Source of the DNA: a virus
Taxonomy: Duplodnaviria; Heunggongvirae; Uroviricota; Caudoviricetes
Strand: one strand, 5' to 3'
Virus record (IMG/VR): IMGVR_UViG_3300017917_002605
Coordinates: 46,471-110,470 of that record
DNA length: 64,000 nucleotides
The notes beneath the pieces were generated by a model, which was not told the origin of the DNA, searched no databases, and saw nothing but the letters and a program-made list of their open reading frames with translations. A program made the position numbers and the translations under genes. This document shows, in pieces, positions 27,922 to 36,269 of the stretch (the first letter of the stretch is position 1; every line of letters begins with the position of its first letter).

Positions 27922-28160
27922 GCAAGATTGGCAACCTGATGATTGACCTACAGGATGAAATTGAGCGTGGTGAGCTGACCTTCAGGCAGATAGCCGCAAA
28001 GTATGAGGTGCCACTATCATGGGTGGATGAGGCTGCGGCGGAACTTGCCGAGCAATACAATGACGAAATGGATGGAGATGCCGCTTCGGCACTGGCGTCC
28101 TGTGGGTGGGGCGTGGATGAAGACTATGTGGTGGAGAATGATTATTTTGATGACTTTTGA
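27918..28160 (+). CDS. acidic hypothetical protein
   Basis: ORF. Confidence 0.5.
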   Translation: MSKIGNLMIDLQDEIERGELTFRQIAAKYEVPLSWVDEAAAELAEQYNDEMDGDAASALASCGWGVDEDYVVENDYFDDF

Positions 28161-28168
28161 CTGACTGG

Positions 28169-28210
28169 TTGCCAAGTCATGGTGAGCTGTGTTACAATGG
28201 TGTAGCTCAC
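28169..28210 (+). promoter_or_regulatory. promoter TTGCCA-N17/18-TTACAAT with the -10 embedded in a hairpin GTGAGCT…AGCTCAC, followed by a ~200-nt leader
   Basis: 7-bp inverted repeat brackets the -10; long untranslated leader before 28402. Confidence 0.45.
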
Positions 28211-28401
28211 TGAAATCAAAATTCACTTTCCTATAAGAAAAAAGGAGTCCTCTACGATTGATATCTTATGAGAAGGATTCTTTGGTGTGCTTGTGTTTTA
28301 ACTGCGGATTATCTGTGGTTCCTCTGTGGTCAAAAAACGGTAAACCAAAGGAATTTTCCTAAAAATTTTTTCCGGTAGGAAATGAGTCTCGGAGTTTTTG
28401 T

Positions 28402-28686
28402 ATGAATATGGGTGTTTGTCCTGTCTGTAATGGTTCTGGTCGGCGTGATGCCGGACTGGAGAGGTATCGTACCGTCTATGCGGGTTATGATGCTTCCTCT
28501 AATACACTTCCCTGTAATAACTGTGGTGGACAGAGGATGTATGGTAGTCCCACTGGTCGTGTGAACCTACGTTCCGATGGTACTCCGTGTAAGCATGAAT
28601 ACACTTCACAATCCCGTGGTCGGTGTTATACTGTGTACACCTGTAAGCACTGTGGTTATTCATATGATATTGATAGTGGTGATTGA
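28402..28686 (+). CDS. DnaJ-type Cys-rich zinc-finger protein
   Basis: CPVCNGSG / CNNCGG / CKHCG CxxCxGxG-like repeats. Confidence 0.5.
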   Translation: MNMGVCPVCNGSGRRDAGLERYRTVYAGYDASSNTLPCNNCGGQRMYGSPTGRVNLRSDGTPCKHEYTSQSRGRCYTVYTCKHCGYSYDIDSGD

Positions 28687-28901
28687 TAATGAACGAACGA
28701 ATTCGAGAGCTTGCTGAACAGGTTGGTATCAAAATTACTCCTATGATTGTTGATGGCATTGAGTATGAGTATGAAGATGTTGATATGGATGGTTCAGAAG
28801 ACTTAGCAAAGTTCGCCGAGTTGATTGTTCGGGAATGTGCTGACGTTTGTTCTAATGTGCTGGATTACCATGCCATATTGGAGAAATTCGGAGTTGAATG
28901 A
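28683..28901 (+). CDS. paralog-family small protein (6th copy, displaced)
   Basis: MNERIRELAEQVG…KFAELIVREC…KFGVE. Confidence 0.55.
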   Translation: MIMNERIRELAEQVGIKITPMIVDGIEYEYEDVDMDGSEDLAKFAELIVRECADVCSNVLDYHAILEKFGVE

Positions 28902-29020
28902 TGCTTAGAGACATTCTGTGGTCTATACAGGACATGGGTTGGAAGAACCTGGTTGTGGTATTGACTATGGGTGTCCTTGAGTTGTCTTTTGTTGGTTTTA
29001 TTGTTTGGACTTTGATTTAA
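28901..29020 (+). CDS. 39-aa TM peptide
   Basis: Coupled to the upstream paralog, as at 24334; hydrophobic. Confidence 0.3.
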   Translation: MLRDILWSIQDMGWKNLVVVLTMGVLELSFVGFIVWTLI

Positions 29021-29334
29021 ATTGGTTACTAGAAAAAGAACCACCACGAAAACTGGTAACTTTAGCCAGAAAACCTTGACTATTGGTAGTGAAGGTAAAA
29101 CGGAATCTTTTTCTAGTAAACCCCCAGGAAGTCGGACTCGCCGAACGGTTTCTTTTAAAAACGGACGAATGAGAACCACTTATTCGACCAAACTCGGTGG
29201 TGGTTTTAACAGAATTACTTCCAAGTCGAACACTCTGGTATCGAGGCGTAGAGGTCGAACCCGTAAATCCTCTATAAGTATCTGGCAGATAGTTTTGCTG
29301 GTAATCCTTTTGATTTGGTTGTTTGGAGAATAAA

Positions 29335-29673
29335 ATGAAAGTTGTGATTAATTCTTGCCATGGTGGATTCGGTCTGTCTGATGAAGCCATCGAATTGTAT
29401 CTGGTAAAATCTGGTCTGGAATTCCGTAAGGAGAAAGGTGAGTATTTCTCCCTTGTTGGGTATGAGTATTATGTTGATGGAGAATACTGGTCTGACCGTG
29501 AAATCTCCCGTTCCGACCCGTTACTGGTTGAAGTTGTGGAAGAACTTGGTGAGAAAGCCAATGGTCGTTGCGCTGAGTTGACCATCGTGGAAATACCTGA
29601 TGATGTTGAATGGCACGTTGCCGAATATGACGGTTATGAACATATTGCGGAAAATCATCGGACTTGGCCGTAA
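29335..29673 (+). CDS. hypothetical protein
   Basis: RBS GGAGAATAAAATG. Confidence 0.5.
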   Translation: MKVVINSCHGGFGLSDEAIELYLVKSGLEFRKEKGEYFSLVGYEYYVDGEYWSDREISRSDPLLVEVVEELGEKANGRCAELTIVEIPDDVEWHVAEYDGYEHIAENHRTWP

Positions 29674-29730
29674 GCCCTCCGGAAGCGCTGGAAGGCAATG
29701 AAGGGTAAGAAAGTAATACTAAAGACTGAC

Positions 29731-29780
29731 TTGCCTTTTGTGTGGTTTCTGATATAATGGAACCATAGTTGATAAGGAGA
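29731..29780 (+). promoter_or_regulatory. promoter TTGCCT-N17-TATAAT plus GTTGATAAGGAG leader
   Basis: Consensus spacing. Confidence 0.6.
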
Positions 29781-29785
29781 GTGTG

Positions 29786-29971
29786 ATGGCTGAAGTTAAA
29801 CTGACCGGACTCTGGAAAGTAACCATGCGTGAATATGAGCGTGGTTATGGTCAACGTGATATGGGTACCAAGTTTTTTGATAATGAGGAAGAAGCCAAGC
29901 GATTCTGTGAAGAATATTTCTCTGGTGATTCTGAATGCTTTTACCGTGCTGAATATACGAAAGTAAATTAA
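29786..29971 (+). CDS. hypothetical protein
   Basis: Promoter TTGCCT-N17-TATAAT plus GTTGATAAGGAG leader. Confidence 0.5.
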   Translation: MAEVKLTGLWKVTMREYERGYGQRDMGTKFFDNEEEAKRFCEEYFSGDSECFYRAEYTKVN

Positions 29972-30397
29972 ATGTTTGAACATGATGAAGATTATGGCGG
30001 GTTTGTCGTTAACTGCGCCGAAGTGGTAAAAAGTAAGGAATGCCTTGCGGTAACTCGGTTGCTGGCTGCGGACCTGTTGAAGAATCCTTACCTGACGGTT
30101 GGTGATTTTCTGAAAAACGTTTCTGATACCGACCTGCAAACTCTGGTACTGGCGTCAGAACCGGATGAAAACGATGAAGTCCAACTGGATGACATTATGC
30201 TCATTAGTATGATGCTGATGCAGGCCGAAGGTCTACCGCCTATTCAAGTGGATGAAGAAGGTCAACAAATCATTCAAAAAATGATTATGTTCCTGGTTTG
30301 TGAATCTCTGTATCGTAAAGGTCTGGTCAATATCTTCCGCAAGAATATGTCCTTTGGTGATGAAATGAACGACAAGGTGATTGTGGAGAAGAAATAA
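29972..30397 (+). CDS. acidic hypothetical protein
   Basis: ORF. Confidence 0.5.
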   Translation: MFEHDEDYGGFVVNCAEVVKSKECLAVTRLLAADLLKNPYLTVGDFLKNVSDTDLQTLVLASEPDENDEVQLDDIMLISMMLMQAEGLPPIQVDEEGQQIIQKMIMFLVCESLYRKGLVNIFRKNMSFGDEMNDKVIVEKK

Positions 30398-30552
30398 TGG
30401 AAATCTTTTGGCTTGCCTTGAATATTGTTTTTGCATGGCTTGGTTGGAAATGGGCAGGTGATGAATTTCAGGCAGGCCGAAATTTGATGGGTTGGGTTTA
30501 TATCTTTATTTCGGCTTGGAATGCAGCGGCCGCTCTTAATGTGGTGACATGA
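30397..30552 (+). CDS. 51-aa TM protein
   Basis: ATGA-coupled at both ends; below the ORF-track cutoff. Confidence 0.4.
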   Translation: MEIFWLALNIVFAWLGWKWAGDEFQAGRNLMGWVYIFISAWNAAAALNVVT

Positions 30553-30809
30553 TGTTTGATATCAATGACTATGAAAATCGGTTGTACCTTTCAGAACGTA
30601 ACCTGAGGGTCTTGCTGTCCAAACTGGAACGATACAAGGCAGGTGATAAAACTGCTTGTACGATTATCAAGCATTCGAATCCTCTGGACCCTTATTGTTC
30701 TACGATTGATGAAATTGCCGTGATTGCGATACCTGATGAAAAGTATTATGCTGCTCGTGAAGCTGGTGAAATGCTCGAGCAGGATGTTGAAAATGGAAAG
30801 AAATTCTAA
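30549..30809 (+). CDS. hypothetical protein
   Basis: ORF. Confidence 0.5.
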   Translation: MMFDINDYENRLYLSERNLRVLLSKLERYKAGDKTACTIIKHSNPLDPYCSTIDEIAVIAIPDEKYYAAREAGEMLEQDVENGKKF

Positions 30810-31306
30810 TGATTCGTTGGATTGAAAATTGCAGCATGAGTGATATCCACCTCGGTCACCACAGCGACCTTGGTGAGAATGTTTTGCTCATTCGCATTCA
30901 AGACCCAGCCACCGAATTCAAGCCGACCAAGTATAACTTTAAGGAAGTGTATTGCTTTGAGTTCCTGGATGCCGAAGACGAAGACGGTTTTGATGAAGAC
31001 TTCAAAATCTCGGATGACCAGGCACAACAAATCGTAAGTTTGTTGGAACATGCATTGACCAACTCTATGAATGTTTTGGTACACTGCCATGCTGGTATCT
31101 GCCGGTCTGGTGCCGTGACTGAGGTTGGTACAATGATGGGTTTTACTGCTACTGAGCGATTCCGTCAACCTAATCTCCGTGTCAAACACAAGATGATGAA
31201 GGCGTTGGGATGGACTTACGATAGTGATGAACCAAAGACCTCTGTTGGCGGATGGATTTCCGATGGAGGTATTTGGCTGCCAGATGGGTTTGGAAATAAT
31301 GACTGA
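30809..31306 (+). CDS. dual-specificity / tyrosine protein phosphatase-like (CX5R)
   Basis: HCHAGICRSG active-site signature. Confidence 0.6.
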   Translation: MIRWIENCSMSDIHLGHHSDLGENVLLIRIQDPATEFKPTKYNFKEVYCFEFLDAEDEDGFDEDFKISDDQAQQIVSLLEHALTNSMNVLVHCHAGICRSGAVTEVGTMMGFTATERFRQPNLRVKHKMMKALGWTYDSDEPKTSVGGWISDGGIWLPDGFGNND

Positions 31307-31436
31307 TGAAGAAATTCTAAAGATGTATGAAGAAATGTGCGAATACTATGGTGATGATATGCCAAATCCTGAGCAAGAACCACTTAGGTTCGCACATTAT
31401 GTGAAACTGTGGAAATACTACAAGCAGAGGACGTAA
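31299..31436 (+). CDS. small hypothetical protein
   Basis: Weak. Confidence 0.35.
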   Translation: MTDEEILKMYEEMCEYYGDDMPNPEQEPLRFAHYVKLWKYYKQRT

Positions 31437-31612
31437 TGGGTAAAGCAATAATCTTTTTTGTCATTTTTACGGCACTGATTGCTGCCATAATACTTTTGTT
31501 CCAAAGTGCCACCGGCAAACAAAAAATTGATGCCGTAAAAGTGCTTGCCTTCTCGGCCGGTTGTAGTATAATCTCCCTATTGATTCTCTTTGGTATTGTT
31601 GTTCTTTTTTAA
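31436..31612 (+). CDS. small membrane protein
   Basis: Hydrophobic; TAATG overlap. Confidence 0.4.
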   Translation: MGKAIIFFVIFTALIAAIILLFQSATGKQKIDAVKVLAFSAGCSIISLLILFGIVVLF

Positions 31613-31625
31613 AGGAAAATTTGTA

Positions 31626-32420
31626 ATGCGTAAAATTTTTACTCTGTCTGTTCTGGCTGCCGCTGTTGCTCTGACCGGTTGTACCCGTATCGAAACTGGT
31701 GAGGTTGGTGTCCGTGTCGGCTTTGATAAACAGGTGAAACCTGGTGAACTTATGCCTGGTTCCTTTAATCAGGTTCTGATTGGTGATGTTCTGACCTTCC
31801 CTGTCAAGGACGTTAATGTGATACTGGACAATATGACTCCGGTTGCCAAGGATAACTCTACGATGGCTGACCTTGATGCCGTTGTGGTCTATAACATTAA
31901 TCCGCAACAAGTCGCTGAATTGTATTCTAGCAAGAACCGTAGTTTTCACACCGAACACAAAGGTGATGTGTATCTGATGTATAATTACATCGTTCAAAAT
32001 GCTCGTAATGCAATCTACAAGGCTGCTCGCAAGTACGAAGCACTGGACATGGCTGATAACCGTAGTGATATGGAATCCTTTATCAAGGATGAAATGGTTC
32101 GAAATCTTGCAGAAGAAAAACTGGACGGTTCGGTTACCATTACTCAAGTGATGATTCGTAATGTGGTGCCCGCTGAAAGTGTTGTTCGTAGTGCCAACGA
32201 CCTGGTCCGTGCCAAGAATGAGTTGAAGCAGAAAGAAATCGAAGTGAAAACTGCTGAAGCTGAAGCACGCCGAATGGCTGCTCTTGCAAACAACAGCGCA
32301 AGTTCTATTGCTTTCATGCAAGCACAGGCTGCACTGAATATCTCTGAAGGTATCAAGAATGGTAAAGTTCAGACCATTGTGGTGCCTGCTAACTTCAATG
32401 CACTGATGATGCCTAAGTGA
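31626..32420 (+). CDS. lipoprotein with SPFH/band-7-like domain
   Basis: Lipobox LTGC; RBS AAAGGAAAA; SPFH-like core, a call from sequence similarity I could not verify here. Confidence 0.45.
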   Translation: MRKIFTLSVLAAAVALTGCTRIETGEVGVRVGFDKQVKPGELMPGSFNQVLIGDVLTFPVKDVNVILDNMTPVAKDNSTMADLDAVVVYNINPQQVAELYSSKNRSFHTEHKGDVYLMYNYIVQNARNAIYKAARKYEALDMADNRSDMESFIKDEMVRNLAEEKLDGSVTITQVMIRNVVPAESVVRSANDLVRAKNELKQKEIEVKTAEAEARRMAALANNSASSIAFMQAQAALNISEGIKNGKVQTIVVPANFNALMMPK

Positions 32421-32427
32421 GAATAAA

Positions 32428-32661
32428 ATGTCCCGCTGGAAATATGTTACTGTTGAGGCGGAAGTTGACCTTGCGGAATTCGATACCGATGATTTGATTG
32501 AGGAATTGGAATCCCGAGGTCACGACTACAACACCAGATTTGTTGATGGTGAAGATATGCGTATGGTTTTGCAAAAAATCTTTGAAAAACGCCGTCTTGG
32601 CCAAAAATATGATGAAGACCTAGATACCCTTATATACGGAGTTCTTGGGAGATTCATTTGA
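32428..32661 (+). CDS. hypothetical protein
   Basis: ORF. Confidence 0.5.
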   Translation: MSRWKYVTVEAEVDLAEFDTDDLIEELESRGHDYNTRFVDGEDMRMVLQKIFEKRRLGQKYDEDLDTLIYGVLGRFI

Positions 32662-32876
32662 ACGAAAGAGATGAACAAAATTTACGATTTTTGATGAGCC
32701 TAAAGAAGGAAGACATAAAGGAATGGCTTGCTTCTGTGCCGCCAGATGACGTTGATTATGCTTTTGCGCTGTTGACCACAGCTGCTCTTGACGAATTTGA
32801 TAAAGAGAACGAAAATTTAGACTGTTCCGATGCAAAATTAGTACTTTCTAAGTACATGCTTGCCGGCAAACATTGA
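32658..32876 (+). CDS. hypothetical protein
   Basis: ORF. Confidence 0.5.
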   Translation: MNERDEQNLRFLMSLKKEDIKEWLASVPPDDVDYAFALLTTAALDEFDKENENLDCSDAKLVLSKYMLAGKH

Positions 32877-32944
32877 TTTTGAGCTTGCCAAGCGCTAATT
32901 TTCGTGATAAACTATAGGTATATTATGAAAAAGGTGATTTTAAC

Positions 32945-33181
32945 ATGAAAAAACTTGCTATTTTTAGCGTTTTGGCTGTTGCATTGTTGTCCGGTTGCGC
33001 TTCAAATCGTGAAGCTCAGATTAAAGAGCTTCAAAATCGTGAAAATGAGTACAGGACGCAGATTGCTGAAATGCAAAAAGCGCAGGAAAAGCGTGAATTG
33101 ATGTTCCGGCTCGAAAAACTTGAAGCTCGCACACAAACTCCTGCTCCTCGGAATCAAGAATGTAAAATTTTCTGCTTTTAA
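32945..33181 (+). CDS. small lipoprotein
   Basis: MKKLAIFSVLAVALLSGCAS lipobox. Confidence 0.5.
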   Translation: MKKLAIFSVLAVALLSGCASNREAQIKELQNRENEYRTQIAEMQKAQEKRELMFRLEKLEARTQTPAPRNQECKIFCF

Positions 33182-33313
33182 AAATGAAAAAACCTAAAAA
33201 ACGTAATCCGGTCGCTAAAGACTTGCTTACTCCTAAGTATAGGATGCGTGTTGTTGTGTCTGTGAAGACATATGACCGCAACAAATCAAAATCCGAGCTT
33301 AGGAAGCAGTTAG

Positions 33314-33706
33314 ATGAGCGATAAAACAGAATTCGATGGGCTATTCTTTTTGCCAAGTGGCGAAGAAGGCGAACTAGAGATTTCCTTTTTCAGTTTTAAT
33401 GATGAAAAGTATAAGGGTAGTCCCATCGAAAACACAAAAATTGGCGATATGTTTCATGTTGCACTATTCAAGCAAAACGAAGATGGTGAAGTTGAGTTTG
33501 ATGAAACATTTGAAGCCATTTTTGCTGACCCGTTGACCTACATTAAAAACTTAGCGCCAATGGGCATTTATGGTACGTTTGTTAGAAAAACGGAAAAGTC
33601 CAAACCTTGGTTTGACAATTACCTCGAAAGAGCACTGAATAATGTTATGCTAGCCAACAAGAAAAAAGTTGTTGAATATGCAAACACAATTGCTAACTTG
33701 AAATGA
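33314..33706 (+). CDS. hypothetical protein
   Basis: ORF. Confidence 0.5.
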   Translation: MSDKTEFDGLFFLPSGEEGELEISFFSFNDEKYKGSPIENTKIGDMFHVALFKQNEDGEVEFDETFEAIFADPLTYIKNLAPMGIYGTFVRKTEKSKPWFDNYLERALNNVMLANKKKVVEYANTIANLK

Positions 33707-34020
33707 ATAGGATATTGGTTATGAATACTGGTGTGAAACATGCTTTTGATGAGCAAGAAGGTCGTGATTGGCTCAAGAGTCTCCTGAAAGACTTGGTGGT
33801 TGAAGTTGTCTTCACCAAGAAAGATGGAACAGAACGAACCATGAAGGCCACGTTGAAGGAAGACATTCTTCCTTTCGTGCAACAAGATTTTGGTGATGTA
33901 GATGCACCTGTTCGTGCAAAGTCTAAGGATTCTCTGTCCGTTTGGGATGTTGAAGCCAATGGATGGCGCAGTTTCCGTTGGGACTCTATCAAGTCCGTAC
34001 ATTTTACTCTTGGTGAATAA
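33703..34020 (+). CDS. hypothetical protein
   Basis: ORF. Confidence 0.5.
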   Translation: MNRILVMNTGVKHAFDEQEGRDWLKSLLKDLVVEVVFTKKDGTERTMKATLKEDILPFVQQDFGDVDAPVRAKSKDSLSVWDVEANGWRSFRWDSIKSVHFTLGE

Positions 34021-34021
34021 T

Positions 34022-34213
34022 ATGAAAACCTCTAATGTGATTCTTTTCGTTGCTCTGATTGCGGCAGTCGTTATACTTGCACCATTTCTTACGATTTGGT
34101 CATTGAACGTTCTGTTTCCTTCTTTGGCGATTCCTTATAGTCTTGAAACTTGGGCTGCGGTCATTCTGTTGTCTGCTGCTGTTCGTTCGAACGTCACAAT
34201 GAAGAAAGACTGA
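34022..34213 (+). CDS. small 2-TM membrane protein
   Basis: ATG after the upstream stop; hydrophobic. Confidence 0.45.
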   Translation: MKTSNVILFVALIAAVVILAPFLTIWSLNVLFPSLAIPYSLETWAAVILLSAAVRSNVTMKKD

Positions 34214-34214
34214 T

Positions 34215-34493
34215 ATGGGTATTCGTGTTATCAAGTCTGAATGGCACCAAGTTGAAAAACGATATGGTGCCGAGATTGATGAATCTTTTCTGAGTGAAGT
34301 TTATCCTGACCTAGGCGAAGGTGAGATTGCTCACCTGTTGCAAAACATCGAAGAAGGTATTGCTGACGTTGAAGACGTTTTGCAAGATGCCTATGATGCT
34401 GATGTTGAGCTCGATTGGGATTGGCTCGATGAAGATGATTGGTGGACCGACCGTAAAGGCGGTTATGATGTAACATATTCAATTGAGGAATAA
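34215..34493 (+). CDS. acidic hypothetical protein
   Basis: ORF. Confidence 0.5.
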   Translation: MGIRVIKSEWHQVEKRYGAEIDESFLSEVYPDLGEGEIAHLLQNIEEGIADVEDVLQDAYDADVELDWDWLDEDDWWTDRKGGYDVTYSIEE

Positions 34494-34495
34494 TC

Positions 34496-34873
34496 ATGGC
34501 AGTCTGGTCAGTTAAACCACTTTGGAAAAAATCTATCGTTGAACGTCAATACTGGACGAAAGATGGTAACACATTCATGTACGAAACCGGTTGGCGCTGG
34601 GGTGAATTCACAGTAGAAACCGAAGATGACGAACCGCCGGTTTTGGAACCAGGCGTTGATATTTACAACTGTGATTATCCTTCTGAGCTCGTAGAGACCG
34701 AAGATGGTTGTTGGGACGATTACGATTTTGATGATTGTGATGATGAAACCCGTGAATGGCTAGAAGAATACTTGGAAGAAAACTCTGTGTTCGACCTTGA
34801 AGAAGAAGGTTGGTATAACAGTGACACCGAAATGATTATTGATTGTGAAATGGAAATCACAAGGATTGAATGA
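34496..34873 (+). CDS. acidic hypothetical protein
   Basis: ORF. Confidence 0.5.
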   Translation: MAVWSVKPLWKKSIVERQYWTKDGNTFMYETGWRWGEFTVETEDDEPPVLEPGVDIYNCDYPSELVETEDGCWDDYDFDDCDDETREWLEEYLEENSVFDLEEEGWYNSDTEMIIDCEMEITRIE

Positions 34874-35160
34874 TGAAATATATTGTTGAAACTATTGGCG
34901 TCTTCCGCATGGTGCATGTGGTCGAGGCTCCGAATGAAGATGAAGCTTTTGCTGTTGCTCGTTCTGCTGATGACAATTGGCAAGAACACCTTGGTGAAAT
35001 GAAGGTTGATATTCAGCCTTACACCGATGAACACATCAAACGATTCAAAGAAAAAGATTTCTTTTGGGATGGAGTTGCTTATCGTACCGAAAATGGTACC
35101 GTTGGATACATTCATCCAAATGGAAGCATTGTTGAAGCCAATGATACGCCGGTAAGATAA
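34870..35160 (+). CDS. hypothetical protein
   Basis: ORF. Confidence 0.5.
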   Translation: MMKYIVETIGVFRMVHVVEAPNEDEAFAVARSADDNWQEHLGEMKVDIQPYTDEHIKRFKEKDFFWDGVAYRTENGTVGYIHPNGSIVEANDTPVR

Positions 35161-35191
35161 AAATATTTTTAAAAATTTGCCGAAAAACCTC

Positions 35192-35220
35192 TTGACAGGG
35201 GTTTAGAAAGCATATATAAT
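35192..35220 (+). promoter_or_regulatory. consensus sigma70 promoter TTGACA-N17-TATAAT (drives a short RNA)
   Basis: -35 at 35192-35197, -10 at 35215-35220. Confidence 0.65.
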
Positions 35221-35226
35221 CCTACT

Positions 35227-35420
35227 ATGATGAAAAACATACACACCTCTCTCGTTAGCCCATTGTGTTCCATGTTAGCCACAGCGACATGGCAGGGAGA
35301 GTATCGCTCAATTAATAGCGATAAAGGCTTTTCACCTGGGAAAGGGTTTGTGTAAGTCGCCATAGTTAAAAGATAACTATATCACACAAACCCTAGAACC
35401 TAAAAAGTCTAGGGTTTTTT
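35227..35420 (+). ncRNA. candidate small stable RNA (~190 nt) bounded by promoter and intrinsic terminator
   Basis: Strong promoter, no convincing ORF (only a 17-codon frame), internal hairpins (TATCGCT…AGCGATA), ends in a terminator. Confidence 0.4.
35388..35420 (+). terminator. rho-independent terminator
   Basis: CCCTAG…CTAGGG stem followed by TTTTTT. Confidence 0.65.
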
Positions 35421-35460
35421 GTTATGTGTTGTACGAAAACAACATATACCAAAAAATTTC

Positions 35461-35489
35461 TTGACAAGATGCTCGTAACACTGTAGAAT
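35461..35489 (+). promoter_or_regulatory. sigma70 promoter TTGACA-N17-TAGAAT at the head of the tRNA array
   Basis: Consensus spacing; followed by the conserved leader GTTCTTTAAAAATTTGAATGAC. Confidence 0.65.
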
Positions 35490-35496
35490 CTTGTTT

Positions 35497-35518
35497 GTTC
35501 TTTAAAAATTTGAATGAC
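35497..35518 (+). repeat. conserved 22-mer GTTCTTTAAAAATTTGAATGAC (tRNA-operon leader element), copy 1
   Basis: Identical copy at 37703-37724; inverted copy at 43294-43312. Confidence 0.55.
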
Positions 35519-35524
35519 TTCTTT

Positions 35525-35600
35525 TGGGGTTTCGCCAAGTTGGTAAGGCATCGGATTTTGATTCCGACATGCGGTGGTTCGAATCCATCAACCCCAGCCA
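35525..35600 (+). tRNA. tRNA-Gln (anticodon TTG)
   Basis: Hand-folded cloverleaf; GGTTCGAATCC T-loop; CCA encoded. Confidence 0.7.
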
Positions 35601-35733
35601 TTTTTGAAGTGCATTAATTGAAAAGTATCCTTGACCAGAAGTGACTACCTGATGGGACGCTTGGAGAGTAACGTAAAATGACCCCGCTTGTCACGGTTGT
35701 TACAGTGCATTTCAAAAATGGTTAAAAGAATAT

Positions 35734-35825
35734 GGAAGCGTGGCAGAGCCCGGTTTATTGCAACGGTCTTGAAAACCGTCGGCCTAGAAATAGGTCCGTG
35801 AGTTCGAATCTCACCGCTTCCACCA
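35734..35825 (+). tRNA. tRNA-Ser (TGA), type II
   Basis: Acceptor GGAAGCG/CGCTTCC; long variable arm; loop CTTGAAA. Confidence 0.8.
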
Positions 35826-35830
35826 ATTTT

Positions 35831-35957
35831 GGAGTCGTGATGTAATGGTAGCATAGCAATGCAAAAAACCAATTCTGACAAGAATTGTTCCAGCAACAAC
35901 TATAGCTTCCCTCTGTGAAAGGGCTTGTGCGTGGTTCGAATCCCGCCGACTCCACCA
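35831..35957 (+). tRNA. atypical 127-nt tRNA-like gene (His-like GTG anticodon arm) with a ~54-nt insertion between D-arm and anticodon arm
   Basis: Perfect 7-bp acceptor GGAGTCG/CGACTCC plus CCA, canonical D-arm and T-loop, but the inserted segment carries its own hairpin CAATTC-TGACAA-GAATTG. Confidence 0.4.
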
Positions 35958-35966
35958 AAATTTTAT

Positions 35967-36045
35967 TCCGCAGAATCCGAGCTAGGTGCACGGACTTGAC
36001 TGTTAATCAATGATTAGCTGGGTTCGAACCCCAGATGCGGAGCCA
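35967..36045 (+). tRNA. tRNA-Asn (GTT)
   Basis: Loop CTGTTAA; T-arm CTGGG/CCCAG; one acceptor mismatch. Confidence 0.65.
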
Positions 36046-36051
36046 GATTGT

Positions 36052-36130
36052 TGGGGCGTAGTGTATTTCGGTAATAGCACATTAGTCTTTGAAACTAATA
36101 GATTGGGTTCGACTCCCAACGCCTCTGCCA
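36052..36130 (+). tRNA. tRNA-Gln-like (TTG), second copy
   Basis: Anticodon arm TTAGT-CTTTGAA-ACTAA; U1·U72 mismatch. Confidence 0.55.
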
Positions 36131-36131
36131 A

Positions 36132-36250
36132 GTTTTAGGATAGTTACAGCAAAAAACGATTATTCGTAGCTCAAAGGATGAGCATTTGCCTTCTAAGCAA
36201 ACTGTTGCAGGTTCGATTCCTGTCGAAAAAAAAAACTATCCTGTTGTTTA
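36132..36250 (+). repeat. spacer hairpin cassette (TTTTAGGATAGTT…AACTATCCTGTTGTTTA) enclosing tRNA-Arg
   Basis: 9-bp terminal inverted repeat flanks the tRNA; member of a 6-copy family. Confidence 0.6.
36160..36231 (+). tRNA. tRNA-Arg (TCT)
   Basis: Anticodon arm TTTGC-CTTCTAA-GCAAA; no encoded CCA; A3·A70 mismatch. Confidence 0.6.
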
Positions 36251-36269
36251 ATGTAAAAAGGAGAAACTT

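Noticed and set aside
29348-30139. 263-aa minus-strand ORF
   Set aside because: It is antisense to three well-supported + strand genes with promoter and RBS. All convincing genes in the window are on the + strand.
31467-32321. 284-aa minus-strand ORF
   Set aside because: It is antisense to the lipobox-bearing SPFH-like gene 31626-32420, which has a strong RBS.
33184-33324. 46-aa basic ORF (MKKPKKRNPVAK…)
   Set aside because: No RBS, and it overlaps the better-supported 33314 gene. It is kept only as a possibility.
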